Assembly: GCA_036679605.1 (NCBI GenBank)
Contig: JAZDCZ010000180.1
Location: forward strand, 64,001 to 128,000
Length of the DNA: 64,000 bases
DNA from: Gemmatimonadota bacterium
Lineage (GTDB): Bacteria > Gemmatimonadota > Gemmatimonadetes > Gemmatimonadales > GWC2-71-9
Direction of reading: 5' to 3'
Of the stretch, positions 49,501-58,709 are shown one piece after another. The notes below the pieces were generated by a model, which was not told the origin of the DNA, did no database searches, and saw only the letters and a list, made by a program, of their open reading frames with translations. Position 1 is the first letter of the stretch. The number at the start of each line of letters is the position of its first letter. Made by a program: the position numbers and the translations under genes.

Positions 49501-49774
49501 CCGGGAGACCATGCGTGTCCCAGCCGGCGATTCGTGTTACCGACTCTCCCAGCATCGTGTGATAGCGACATATGAGATCTTTGATCGTGCGTGCGAACAC
49601 ATGGTGAATACCCGGCTTACCATTTGCGGTGGGCGGACCTTCGTAGAATACAAACGGCTTGCCACTTGCCGTCGCTTCCAGGCTTCGGTGGAACAGCCTT
49701 TCGCCCCGCCATTGGTCGAGCAGCTGACGCTCCAGCTCGCTCAGATTTTTCGACGCGAGTGGTTTGTATCCCAT
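46568..49774 (-). CDS. ileS: Isoleucine--tRNA ligase, type 2
   Basis: EGPPTANG, GWDTHGLP, WTTTPWTL, DQTRGWF, KMSKR; long type-2 C-terminus (EGLAREMVNRIQRLRK). Confidence 0.97.
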   Translation of the reverse strand: MGYKPLASKNLSELERQLLDQWRGERLFHRSLEATASGKPFVFYEGPPTANGKPGIHHVFARTIKDLICRYHTMLGESVTRIAGWDTHGLPVEIEVEKQLEISGKAGIESFGVAKFNELCRKNVFQYKSDWESLSERIGYWLDYDRPYVTYTNDYVESVWWSLKQLADKDLLYEGQKVLPYCPRCGTVLSSHELALGYDTHRSPSIYVLFRLAEQGDSSRFLLVWTTTPWTLPSNVAVAVNPSFQYVVLDIDGRSVIVEKSIAESLTVPGVGKGEPLARFATVAELSGSELVGLRYHQLMDAVAVDGEEDAFRVVAADFVTREEGTGLVHIAPAFGVDDYAVVGRERMAFVNPVDESGRFKGTSFDSINGKTVFEANPTIAAHLEASGKVFGKYQPKGYEHTYPFCWRCDSPLIYYARKSWFVRTTAFKDRMIQSNEEVSWYPPEVGTGRFGEWLENNVDWALSRDRFWGTPLPVWICDRDDGHRTFVGSYEQLAKLKGDPLPDDFDPHKPYIDSFTFDCGECSGTMHRVSAVIDAWFDSGSMPYAQWHYPFEGSEEFKRHFPADFICEGLDQTRGWFYSLLAIASGVFEQPAYSNVIVNGLVLDPDGRKMSKRLGNVVDPFEAVENFGADAVRLYLIAASQVWLPKRFDAKEIPELSLGFLNQLKNTYGFFALYAEQWDPCDSDPWQERPLVDKWLLSRLDRLVTAVRTAWSGYDVTSGVRAIMEFCDADLSNWYVRVNRSRFWAPDTSADTAALATLHEALGTVSRLLAPAAPFLSDAIHRQLQGDSVHLAEFPESGGRDSARLDLAMNAVRKLASLARRAREDGGFRVRQPLACMKVAVPAAARGSEFDGLLDILVAEVNVRRIVVVESDEDLVKLRAKPNFRTLGKVYGKDTPLAANAARTLDSGQLRGLERGEMQEVEVNGRTFEYRAEDVIVERDVVTDWLVQSDGPYVAALDPEVSPALEREGLAREMVNRIQRLRKQAGYDYDTRIAVGVAGSDGILAATGDFRTFIARETLARCVEIDSELFEPDITESVKIDELVAVISLRRYSEENDNSKANKDHGN

Positions 49775-50601
49775 CAGTTCATATGCTGCAGAACACGCGT
49801 TACCAAACTGGTCAAGCTAGGTTCGGCTTTCTGCGCGGTTGCGATGATCTTCTGTATGTCAGCGGGCTCGAGGGCATCGGGCAAGCAGGCATCGGTGATG
49901 ATCGAAATGCCAAGTACTTTCATTCCGCCGTGGACCGCGACGATCACCTCCGGCACGGTCGACATGCCCACGATGTCAGCCCCTATCATGCGTAGGAAGC
50001 GGTACTCCGCGGCGGTCTCCAGATTGGGCCCCGGGACCGCTACGTAGACTCCCTCCCTCAGGGTAATTTGCATCTCGCGTGCCGCGGACCGCGCCAACTC
50101 CCGCAAATCGGCATCGTACGGCTCTGACATGTCCGGGAATCGAGGCCCCAAACTGTCGTCGTTGGACCCGACGAGTGGGTTATCGCCCAACAGATTGATG
50201 TGGTCGGAGATCAACACGAGGTCACCGGGAGACCAGAGAGGGTGCATTCCACCACATGCATTTGACACGAGCAACGACGACGCCCCCAACGACCGCATCA
50301 CCCGAACCGGAAACGTTATCTGCGCCATCGAGTAGCCTTCGTAGCGATGAAAGCGCCCTTGCATTGCGACAACAGACCTACCGCCTAGCTTTCCAAGTAA
50401 CAGCCTCCCTGTATGGGTCTCGACCGTAGAAAGCGGAAACCCGGGTATGTCCCCGTATGAGATCTCAGCTGCGATGTCGATCTCTTCGGCCAGGCCGCCC
50501 AGGCCGGTCCCCAGAATTACCGCGACCTCGGGCTCATCTGTGCACGACTCTCGCACTACGTCGACTGCCCTTTGGATCGCTGACTGCGCATGGAGTGTCA
50601 T
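49774..50601 (-). CDS. Purine nucleoside phosphorylase (trimeric type)
   Basis: ILGTGLG, GRFHRYEG, DHIN, GPRFPDMS, GPNLET, VGMSTVPE. Confidence 0.93.
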   Translation of the reverse strand: MTLHAQSAIQRAVDVVRESCTDEPEVAVILGTGLGGLAEEIDIAAEISYGDIPGFPLSTVETHTGRLLLGKLGGRSVVAMQGRFHRYEGYSMAQITFPVRVMRSLGASSLLVSNACGGMHPLWSPGDLVLISDHINLLGDNPLVGSNDDSLGPRFPDMSEPYDADLRELARSAAREMQITLREGVYVAVPGPNLETAAEYRFLRMIGADIVGMSTVPEVIVAVHGGMKVLGISIITDACLPDALEPADIQKIIATAQKAEPSLTSLVTRVLQHMN

Positions 50602-50606
50602 AGTTA

Positions 50607-51095
50607 CTATTCCGGTGGAGATCCATCCTGCTCGTGCTGCGCCAGAGCATCTATCTCCGCGAGGTGCCTGTCGAGTAGTCTCCGAAACGCACTGATATAC
50701 GCCGTGAACTGACGCTGTGCTTCCGCGGTACTATGAAGTACTCCAGCCTCCGCCTCTCGGGCTTCATCAACGATCTTATCAGCCGCGATTCTGGCTTCAC
50801 GCGTAATCAGTTCGGCCTCTCGTTGAGCACTCTCTTGCGCTCCTGCCCTCAGCTCCTGAGCCATCATCACGGCATCGTTGATGGCCTTCTCTCGCTCTCG
50901 CAGTGATTTCAACTGTTCGCGAGCATTCTGCAGTCGCTCCTCCAAGACAGCGCGATTTCTGATCAGCCGCTCCATTTCCTCGGCCACGCGCTCTCGAAAA
51001 TCTTCGACTTCCGCGGTGTTGTATCCAATGGCGGCCTTACGAAACTCCTGGGACCGCACATCGATTGGAGTGAGGCGGAATCCATCCTCGCTCAC
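50607..51095 (-). CDS. divIVA: DivIVA domain protein
   Basis: LTPIDVRSQEF….GY…EVEDF N-terminal motif plus long coiled coil. Confidence 0.88.
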   Translation of the reverse strand: MSEDGFRLTPIDVRSQEFRKAAIGYNTAEVEDFRERVAEEMERLIRNRAVLEERLQNAREQLKSLREREKAINDAVMMAQELRAGAQESAQREAELITREARIAADKIVDEAREAEAGVLHSTAEAQRQFTAYISAFRRLLDRHLAEIDALAQHEQDGSPPE

Positions 51096-51784
51096 GATCG
51101 CTCTCCGAAGAGAACCGTACCTAGTCGCAGCATGGTTGCTCCTTCAGCAATGGCTGACTTGTAGTCATGCGACATTCCCATCGACAATTCTGGTGCATCA
51201 ATTCCCGACGATGCCAAGTTCTCCCTCAGCGCGCGCAGTGCCGCAAAAACCTTCCTTTGAGTCCGCTCGTCGTCGACAAACGGAGCCATCGTCATTAGAC
51301 CCCTGAGTCGCAATGCGGATAGCTCCGATACGACGGACGCAATTTCATCTACCACATCGGGCTCACAGCCGGCCTTCTGCGGCTCCCGCGCTACGTTCAC
51401 TTGCAACAAGACGTCCAACACTTCTACTTCCCCACTTCGATCGACGGCTTTTTGCAGTGCCTCTGCTAGCCGGAGCGAGTCGACTGAATGTACCAGCCCA
51501 AAATTTCCCGGTACCTGCTTCGCCTTGTTCGTCTGCAGATGCCCGATCATATGCCAGCACACCCCTGATTCGCCAACGGAATCCATCTTGCCGATCGCCT
51601 CTTGCACCCGGTTTTCACCTACGTCGAGCAGGCCCGCAGACTGCGCCGCCAGAATAGCCTCTACTGGCTGACCCTTTGTCACGGCGACGATCCGCACCTT
51701 ACCGGCCGTACCCTCCCGAGCCTTGATCCGCTCGATCTCCTCCCGCACACGGGTGAGATTATCGGGAAACGCGGCAAAACTCAT
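51092..51784 (-). CDS. yggS: PLP homeostasis protein (YggS/PLPBP)
   Basis: VAVTK, GENRVQE, WHMIGHLQTNK, GLMTM, LSMGMS.D, RLGTVLFG. Confidence 0.96.
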   Translation of the reverse strand: MSFAAFPDNLTRVREEIERIKAREGTAGKVRIVAVTKGQPVEAILAAQSAGLLDVGENRVQEAIGKMDSVGESGVCWHMIGHLQTNKAKQVPGNFGLVHSVDSLRLAEALQKAVDRSGEVEVLDVLLQVNVAREPQKAGCEPDVVDEIASVVSELSALRLRGLMTMAPFVDDERTQRKVFAALRALRENLASSGIDAPELSMGMSHDYKSAIAEGATMLRLGTVLFGERS

Positions 51785-51792
51785 AGCCTGGA

Positions 51793-51821
51793 AAGCTAGT
51801 GGAAGGACTATTCTGCTACAA
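51793..51821 (-). promoter_or_regulatory. Sigma70-type promoter of yggS (near-leaderless)
   Basis: TTGTAG-N17-TAGCTT, 8 nt before ATG 51784; no SD visible. Confidence 0.45.
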
Positions 51822-51842
51822 CCAGTGACCTGCGCCTACAGC

Positions 51843-54332
51843 TTACCTACTGGTCGGCGTATCTCCCAAGGCCGGGACCGGAAAACCGCTCGGAGCAGAC
51901 GGCATCACTAGAGACTGAGAAAGCGGGGAAAGTTTATACGCGTTTTGGAAGTTTTCGAGACTACGCTGTTCATCTCCTCGGGCCATGTACGCCTTGGTCA
52001 ACGAGTAGAGCACGAAACTCAAATTGGTTGCTATGTTGCGGTTCCACGGATCAAGACTCAGACTATCGGCTGTGAGGAGATCGGCATAACGATAGACCTG
52101 CCACGCCAGTAAGTCAGTTCGAGGTATATCGACCGGGATCCTGGTGATTCCCGGGCCGAGGCGAGCAGTGTCGGGCGAACTCTGGATGTTTATTTTCAGC
52201 AGCAGGCCCTCCTGCGTAAAGTAATCTCCCAATTGCAACCAGTTATTGTCTCCTACCGTGAGAGAGAAGTAGATCGGCCTTTGGCGCCAATTTTCCTGAA
52301 TCAATCGCAAGATTAGAACGTCCTTAACGTAGAGTGCCGAGTTCGCCGCGTAAGTTTGGTCGACGCGCCCCGCTACAAAGCGCAGCGGGCTACTCAAGAG
52401 CGTCGCGCTCAGACTATTGATCTCGTCATCGGACATCGAATGCAAAGGTGAGGGAATGCTGTCCGGGGCCAACTCGGCAAACCACGGAGCCTGCTCGGGA
52501 TCGAACCCGCGCACCGGGTTATCACGTAGCTGGCGAACGTACCAATCGGTGTTACCGAGAGATAGGTTGACCACCGAAACATCACGTCTGATCTCTTCCA
52601 CTTCCTGCACATACCACAATGGAAAGGTGTCGTTGTCACCGTTGGTGAAAATGATTCCGTACGGCTCGGCGGATTGAAGCAGATCATAAGCGAAGTCGCG
52701 CCCGAATTCGGCCTCAGGACCATGCCTTCGGCTCGCAGCATCGAAGTTGAGACCAAAGGGGAGTAATGCGATGAGGAAAACCGAGGCGGCCGCTGGCGTG
52801 CCTTGCAATCCGCCAGAGGCTAATTTGCGCTTCAGAGCCTGGTACATACCGGCCAATCCTATTCCGGCGAGCATCCCCCACACTTGGAACGACACGGTAA
52901 AGAAATAATCACGCTCGCGCACCTCGTGCATCTCACCGCCGGGGAAGATATTCCAACCCAGTGAATAGCCGGGCTTGAAATTCATGTACCCCATCAGGCC
53001 GGGGCCGGTGACAAGGAACAGAGTGATGAGAAGCCAAAAGATCGATCGATCTCGCTCTCTCAAGATGGTCGCGCCATAGATACCGAGAGAGACAAAGAAC
53101 AACGTGAACGGAAGTCGCGCCGGGATCCAGCGCATTAACGAAGTATCGATCAGTGGTGTACCGCGTGCGAAGACTGGATCACCCGTACCCAGGCCGTTGG
53201 CCCACTGCCAATCAAAATACTGCAGATAGTTTTGTATCTGCAGCAAGACCAGCGTCAACGATCTTCCTGGATTGTCCGGTCCCGACGGAAAGATCGGGTT
53301 ATCGAACGGCGAGCGTGGTGGATACTGCTTCCGGCCAATGACTGCTGTTAGGTTCTCCCAAGTCGAAGGGTCCGCTTCGTTTATGAACGGACCGTGCTGC
53401 GCGCGAATATACAGAAAAGCATATAGGGTGGCGCCAAGTACAACCAAACCCAGGACCATCGCAGCAAAACGAACGCCTCCGTGCATGATGGCATATGCCG
53501 CTGTGGCAGCAAACGCGATTGCGCCCAACAGCATGATATTGGAATTGCCGAGCCCAGTTCCGAGCATCAGCACCCACGCACCGGTCAACATCGCCCATTG
53601 AGACCACTCGACTCTCCGGTCTAGCTCGTTCTCCTGGGGCTCTGTCTTGAGCACATGTGCCACAAATACTATGAGCGCCGGCCCAACTAGTAGACCAAGC
53701 AGGTGACTTCCCAGTGAAAGTGCCTGGAGGTATACGGCGAGTAGCAGGAACTGGGCGGCACGTGGTCGGCCGCGATGCTCGCGCCAGAGCCATCCCAGCA
53801 AGGTCGTAACGGCAATACTGAATGTTGCAACCACGTAAACTTCTGTTTCGTTGGAGTTCTGCCAGACCGTAAAGACAAATGCAGAGATGATTGCCGCCGC
53901 GGCTGCTCCCCCCAAAGCAAACGTACGGTCCTGCTGTTGCCCGTTCGCGCGACCGCGCAGAGTCTTCATCACAAGAATGAAGAAAACGGCCGCTCCAGCT
54001 GCGCTGAACGTCGCCGTCATCAGGTTGGTTCGGTATGCGAACCCGCCAATCGCTACGACTCGCGCCCAGACATTGGCCAACAGAGTGAAAAGGGGTGTTC
54101 CCGGCGGGTGGGGGATACCCAGGATCTTGGCTGTTGCGATGAACTCCCCGGCATCCCACAGCGTCACCGTGGGCGCTAGGGTCCACACGTAGCCGGCAAG
54201 GACCAGCACAAAAATCGCCAGCGCCGCCAGGTACTCGAGTCGCGGTGCGCGCTCGGGGGTGACTGCGGAGGGCACGCGTCGCGCGAGCGGCACCGAGGTC
54301 TTGTCGTTTTCGACGTACCGTGCTGTTTTCAT
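51843..54332 (-). CDS. DUF2723 / TMEM260-like GT-C membrane glycosyltransferase
   Basis: TLAPTVTLWDAGEF, GIPHPPGTP, ETEVY, RERDYFF, FTNGDNDTFPLWY; many TMs. Confidence 0.85.
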   Translation of the reverse strand: MKTARYVENDKTSVPLARRVPSAVTPERAPRLEYLAALAIFVLVLAGYVWTLAPTVTLWDAGEFIATAKILGIPHPPGTPLFTLLANVWARVVAIGGFAYRTNLMTATFSAAGAAVFFILVMKTLRGRANGQQQDRTFALGGAAAAAIISAFVFTVWQNSNETEVYVVATFSIAVTTLLGWLWREHRGRPRAAQFLLLAVYLQALSLGSHLLGLLVGPALIVFVAHVLKTEPQENELDRRVEWSQWAMLTGAWVLMLGTGLGNSNIMLLGAIAFAATAAYAIMHGGVRFAAMVLGLVVLGATLYAFLYIRAQHGPFINEADPSTWENLTAVIGRKQYPPRSPFDNPIFPSGPDNPGRSLTLVLLQIQNYLQYFDWQWANGLGTGDPVFARGTPLIDTSLMRWIPARLPFTLFFVSLGIYGATILRERDRSIFWLLITLFLVTGPGLMGYMNFKPGYSLGWNIFPGGEMHEVRERDYFFTVSFQVWGMLAGIGLAGMYQALKRKLASGGLQGTPAAASVFLIALLPFGLNFDAASRRHGPEAEFGRDFAYDLLQSAEPYGIIFTNGDNDTFPLWYVQEVEEIRRDVSVVNLSLGNTDWYVRQLRDNPVRGFDPEQAPWFAELAPDSIPSPLHSMSDDEINSLSATLLSSPLRFVAGRVDQTYAANSALYVKDVLILRLIQENWRQRPIYFSLTVGDNNWLQLGDYFTQEGLLLKINIQSSPDTARLGPGITRIPVDIPRTDLLAWQVYRYADLLTADSLSLDPWNRNIATNLSFVLYSLTKAYMARGDEQRSLENFQNAYKLSPLSQSLVMPSAPSGFPVPALGDTPTSR

Positions 54333-54348
54333 TCTCTATAATTTGGGA

Positions 54349-55152
54349 TTAGGCCGGCGAAGCCTCACTAGGAGCGTCCGCCAGCGCAAGGGCGGGCCGG
54401 TCATGGCCCGCGAGTGCCTCGCGAACCTGATCGGGAGTCACACCGCTTCGCAGAAGTCCTCTTTCAGCAATAGAGATCTTCGCCGTTTCTTCTGAAACAA
54501 CGATGACCACGGCGTCGGTCTCCTCCGATAGGCCCAAAGCGGCGCGGTGTCGTGTCCCCAACCGGCGATCCGTGACAGGAAATTGGGTAAGGGGAAGAAC
54601 ACATCCGGCCGCTACGATTTGGTCTCCTCGAATTACGACGGAGCCATCGTGAAGAGGTGAATACGGAGTGAAGATAGTCGCGAGGAGGTCCGCAGACACA
54701 TTGGCCTGCATCTCGGATCCAGACTCCAAATAGGGGTTCAGCGATACCTCGCCCTCAGAAGCGATGATCGCGCCCGTCCCGCTACGCGAAAGTCGGCCCA
54801 CTGCCTCTGCGATCTCGTCAGCAACGGCTCTCTGCGTGGTACTCGTCAGAAACCTAATAGCACGCGACCGGCCGAGTCGCGCCAGCGCCTGCCGAAGCTC
54901 GGGCTGGAACACAACGACGGCTGCAAAAGCACCATAAGTGAACACGAGGCTCAACAAGGTGGCAATCATATCCAGCTTGAGGAGCACGGCGCCGAAATAG
55001 ATAAGCACCAGCGAGATCAAGCCGACCAGGATCTGGAACGCTCTGGTACCGGCCAGAAACATCAGCAATCGGTAAATAACGTACGCGACGATGAGTATTT
55101 CCACGACGTCTCGCACGCCCGGTGACAAGAACCCAAAATATTCGAACGACAC
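54349..55152 (-). CDS. cdaA: Membrane diadenylate cyclase CdaA/DacA
   Basis: Three TMs; VFQPELR.AL, F.P.SPLHDG, GTRHRAALG, VSEET. Confidence 0.92.
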   Translation of the reverse strand: MSFEYFGFLSPGVRDVVEILIVAYVIYRLLMFLAGTRAFQILVGLISLVLIYFGAVLLKLDMIATLLSLVFTYGAFAAVVVFQPELRQALARLGRSRAIRFLTSTTQRAVADEIAEAVGRLSRSGTGAIIASEGEVSLNPYLESGSEMQANVSADLLATIFTPYSPLHDGSVVIRGDQIVAAGCVLPLTQFPVTDRRLGTRHRAALGLSEETDAVVIVVSEETAKISIAERGLLRSGVTPDQVREALAGHDRPALALADAPSEASPA

Positions 55153-55162
55153 GATCTATCCT

Positions 55163-56176
55163 CTACTTACCGGCATGATGGATCGCCAGGATATCACGCA
55201 ACAGTCGTACTGCATGCACGCGAAACAGCATCGCGCCCAGAGCGTATGCCACGAGACACACGGCTGCCGTCATGGAGTCACGGCTGACTGCTTCGTCGTT
55301 CGCCATCAAGTCAAGAAACCGCTTACGTGACGGTCCCACCATGAGCGGCAAACCGGTCGAGCTGAGGACAGACAATCTGCTAAGTATCTCGTAGTTCTGC
55401 TCCGGCATCTTCGAAAAGCCGAACCCGGGATCGAGTACGATACTGTGTCTTTTCACACCCTGCTCACAAGCCAACTCCACAGATCTGTTCAGCTCTTGTG
55501 CGGTCTCCGCGGTCACGTCCACATAGGTCGCATGGTCGTACGTGGCCAACTCCGGCAACGATCCGCGAGAATGCATTAGAATGACACCGGCACCATGCTC
55601 CGCACACACGGTCGCGATCCGGGGATCGAGCCGCAATCCCGATACATCGTTTATCGCCCAGGCTCCAGCACCCAATGCCCGTTCTGCTGTCTCCGCCCTA
55701 ACTGTGTCGATCGTGATGGGGTAGTCTGGGTATTGGCGTGCCAATTCACCGACGACCGGCTTCAACCGCCGCCACTCTTCTGCGCCCGAAACCGCCTCGG
55801 GGCGACCCGGGCGAGTTGATTGGGCACCTATATCGAGCAAATCCGCTCCGGCCTCAATCATCTCCTCAGCGTGCCTCATGGCCGCAGACGGATGCAAGTA
55901 CCTTCCGCCGTCGCTAAAGGAATCGGGAGTTATGTTCAGAATTCCCACGATCAGGGGTCGGTCAAAGGGCACGACCCCTCGGGCCATCACCCAGTTGCCG
56001 ACCTTCGGTGGATTGTCGCCCAGACCCGATTGGCCGATTTCAGGCAGACGATCGAGAACAAAATCAACGGGAACTGCCTGGATGGCTGCCGCAGCCCGGT
56101 CACGTTCCATTCCCCGCCGTACCAGCGCATCACACACCATATCGGTGGTGTGCGCTGCCAGCGGGGCATGCGTCAT
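55163..56176 (-). CDS. folP: Dihydropteroate synthase with N-terminal extension
   Basis: GILNITPDSFSDGG, STRPG, INDVSG, LDPGFGF, SRKRF, RVH. Confidence 0.94.
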   Translation of the reverse strand: MTHAPLAAHTTDMVCDALVRRGMERDRAAAAIQAVPVDFVLDRLPEIGQSGLGDNPPKVGNWVMARGVVPFDRPLIVGILNITPDSFSDGGRYLHPSAAMRHAEEMIEAGADLLDIGAQSTRPGRPEAVSGAEEWRRLKPVVGELARQYPDYPITIDTVRAETAERALGAGAWAINDVSGLRLDPRIATVCAEHGAGVILMHSRGSLPELATYDHATYVDVTAETAQELNRSVELACEQGVKRHSIVLDPGFGFSKMPEQNYEILSRLSVLSSTGLPLMVGPSRKRFLDLMANDEAVSRDSMTAAVCLVAYALGAMLFRVHAVRLLRDILAIHHAGK

Positions 56177-58158
56177 GCCCCGGCTGGCTCGGCCGGGGGA
56201 CTCCCGAGCACTGGCCCCGGATCGGAAGAAGATGTCTTCTTTTCGGGGGGCGCCGGAGCGGGTGCAGAGGCACCTGCGGAGTCGGCTGGCGGCCGCTCCG
56301 GTAGTTCTTTGCCGGCAACAACCAGCTCCACCTCTTCACGGCCAATTGTCTCTCTCTCGAGCAGCACCTCAGCCATGCGGTGGAGCGTGTCCATATCTCC
56401 CTTCAGAATCTTGTGGGCTCGAGCGTAGCCCTCCTCCAAAATTCGCTTGACCTCCCTATCAACCAACTCGGCCGTTCCATCGGATATCTCGCGACGCTGC
56501 GAAAACTCACGGCCCAGGAAAATTTGGTGTTCCTGATCGCCCACGGCGACAGGACCCACCGCATCGCTCATCCCGAACTGTGTTACCATCTGGCGCGCCA
56601 TTTCTGTGGCCTGCCGAATGTCCTGGGCCGCGCCAGTTGTCACCTTTTCGAGACCGAATATCAACTCTTCCGCTACGCGACCACCGTAAGCCATCGCAAG
56701 ACGACCATTGATATATTCCTTCGTGTAGTTGTGTCTGTCTTCCTCGGGCAAGGAGAAGGTCAGACCCAGCGCCCTGCCTCTGGGAACGATGCTGACCTTG
56801 TGCACCGGATCAAGAATCGGTATCCGAAGGCTCACAATAGCGTGTCCGGCCTCGTGAAATGCGGTGAGCTTGCGTTCATCGTCCGACAGGACCATGCTCT
56901 TGCGCTCGACCCCAAGCATGACCTTATCCTTTGCGTCCTCCAGATCCTCGTTTTCAACCGCCGATTTGTTGCGCCGTGCGGCCAAGAGTGCGGCCTCATT
57001 GATGATGTTTGCGAGGTCGGCACCCGCCAGGCCCGCCGTCGCTTTGGCTATCAGGTCTAGTTTGACCTGGTTGGCGAGCGGGATCTTACGCACATGCACC
57101 TTCAGTATCATCTCTCGCCCGCGCACATCCGGCATGTCCACGACAATCTGACGGTCGAAGCGTCCCGGCCTCAGCAGGGCGGGATCCAAGACATCGGGTC
57201 TGTTGGTTGCCGCCAAGAGAATGACGCCTTCGTTCGACTCGAATCCATCCATCTCGACTAGGAGCTGGTTCAACGTCTGCTCACGCTCATCATGTCCGCC
57301 GCCTAGGCCGGCGCCACGATGCCGTCCAACCGCATCTATCTCATCAATAAAAATGATGCAGGGAGCATGCGCCTTCCCCTGCTCAAAGAGATCTCTCACT
57401 CGGGATGCGCCCACCCCTACAAACATCTCTACAAAATCCGATCCCGACATCGAGAAGAACGGACGCGCTGCTTCACCGGCGACCGCACGCGCCAAAAGAG
57501 TCTTGCCAGTACCTGGAGGACCAACAAGTAGAACCCCCTTGGGCAATCGGCCGCCCAATCGCTGAAACTTTTGCGGATCTTTCAGAAACTCTATTATTTC
57601 CTCTAACTCAACCTTGGCCTCGTCCGCACCGGCCACGTCTTGGAAGGTGACCTTAGGCGTGTCCGCTGTTAACATTTTGGCCTTGGACTTGCCGAACGAG
57701 AACGCCCGATTCCCACCTTGCTGGACCTGCCGGAAGAAAAAGACCCACAGACCTATGAGTATGACCCATGGCAGCAACTGAACGAAAATTTGACCAAACG
57801 ACGTCTTGGGTTCCTTGGCGGTGATCCTTATCTGCTTTTCCTCGATCCGATCGAGTAGCAGTTCAGAATCCTGGATCGGGAGCACGGTGTTGAATCGCAA
57901 CACCTCTCGTCCGTTATCAGATATGGATTGTTTGAGTTCGCCCTTCAAATACTTGCCGCTGGTGATCTCGACGTTTGCCACATTGTCTCGGTCGAGTTCG
58001 CGGCGGAATTTCGAATACGGCAGCTCAACGGACTCATCACGCTTGGGCCCGAGCATTTGGTAAAAAACCAAAGGCACCAGTACAACGAGCAACCAAAACA
58101 ACAAGTTCTTGCTCATCATACCCCAACCGGCTTTTTTCGGCGGCAATCGCTCTGCCAT
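56173..58158 (-). CDS. ftsH: ATP-dependent zinc metalloprotease FtsH
   Basis: Two TMs; [17 protein letters not shown] motif, HEAGH. Confidence 0.98.
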   Translation of the reverse strand: MAERLPPKKAGWGMMSKNLLFWLLVVLVPLVFYQMLGPKRDESVELPYSKFRRELDRDNVANVEITSGKYLKGELKQSISDNGREVLRFNTVLPIQDSELLLDRIEEKQIRITAKEPKTSFGQIFVQLLPWVILIGLWVFFFRQVQQGGNRAFSFGKSKAKMLTADTPKVTFQDVAGADEAKVELEEIIEFLKDPQKFQRLGGRLPKGVLLVGPPGTGKTLLARAVAGEAARPFFSMSGSDFVEMFVGVGASRVRDLFEQGKAHAPCIIFIDEIDAVGRHRGAGLGGGHDEREQTLNQLLVEMDGFESNEGVILLAATNRPDVLDPALLRPGRFDRQIVVDMPDVRGREMILKVHVRKIPLANQVKLDLIAKATAGLAGADLANIINEAALLAARRNKSAVENEDLEDAKDKVMLGVERKSMVLSDDERKLTAFHEAGHAIVSLRIPILDPVHKVSIVPRGRALGLTFSLPEEDRHNYTKEYINGRLAMAYGGRVAEELIFGLEKVTTGAAQDIRQATEMARQMVTQFGMSDAVGPVAVGDQEHQIFLGREFSQRREISDGTAELVDREVKRILEEGYARAHKILKGDMDTLHRMAEVLLERETIGREEVELVVAGKELPERPPADSAGASAPAPAPPEKKTSSSDPGPVLGSPPAEPAGA

Positions 58159-58160
58159 AT

Positions 58161-58709
58161 CTAATCCTTCAATGCCGCTATGAACGGCAGGTGACGGAAA
58201 TCTTCCGCATAATCAAGACCGTACCCAACGAGAAAATCGGGCGGCGCATCGAAACCAACGAAACGCGGTTCGTATTGAAGAGACTTCGCTACCCGCTTAT
58301 GCAACAGCGCACACACATCTAGACTCGACGGGTCGCGCGTCTCGAATAACCGTACCAGTTGGTTCAGCGTGGCTCCTGAATCTACAATATCTTCCACGAA
58401 CAACACTCGTTTACCGGCAACATCTGCCTCCGAATCGTAATGGAGCCTTACGTGACCGCTCGACTTCTTGGCCGATCCATATGATGCGGCAACCAGGAAG
58501 TCCAGCTGATGGGGTCGCGGAATAGCTCGCGCAAGGTCGCTCAAGAACATGAAGCTCCCTTTCAGCAGCCCAACTAGAAGCAGATCTCCATTATCATAGT
58601 ATTCACCTATCTCCTGTCCGAGTTCCACGACTCGTCGCCGGATCGTCTCAGCATCAAAGATCACGTCGACTTCATGACCGCCCGTCAACTCGAGTATTTG
58701 CTCCTGCAC
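58161..58709 (-). CDS. hpt: Hypoxanthine phosphoribosyltransferase
   Basis: LLKGS, SYG, VEDIVDSGATL, FLVGYGLDY. Confidence 0.95.
   Translation of the reverse strand: MQEQILELTGGHEVDVIFDAETIRRRVVELGQEIGEYYDNGDLLLVGLLKGSFMFLSDLARAIPRPHQLDFLVAASYGSAKKSSGHVRLHYDSEADVAGKRVLFVEDIVDSGATLNQLVRLFETRDPSSLDVCALLHKRVAKSLQYEPRFVGFDAPPDFLVGYGLDYAEDFRHLPFIAALKD

Noticed and set aside
53299..54186. 295-aa same-strand alternative-frame ORF inside DUF2723
   Set aside because: Low-complexity composition, fully nested, no start signals.
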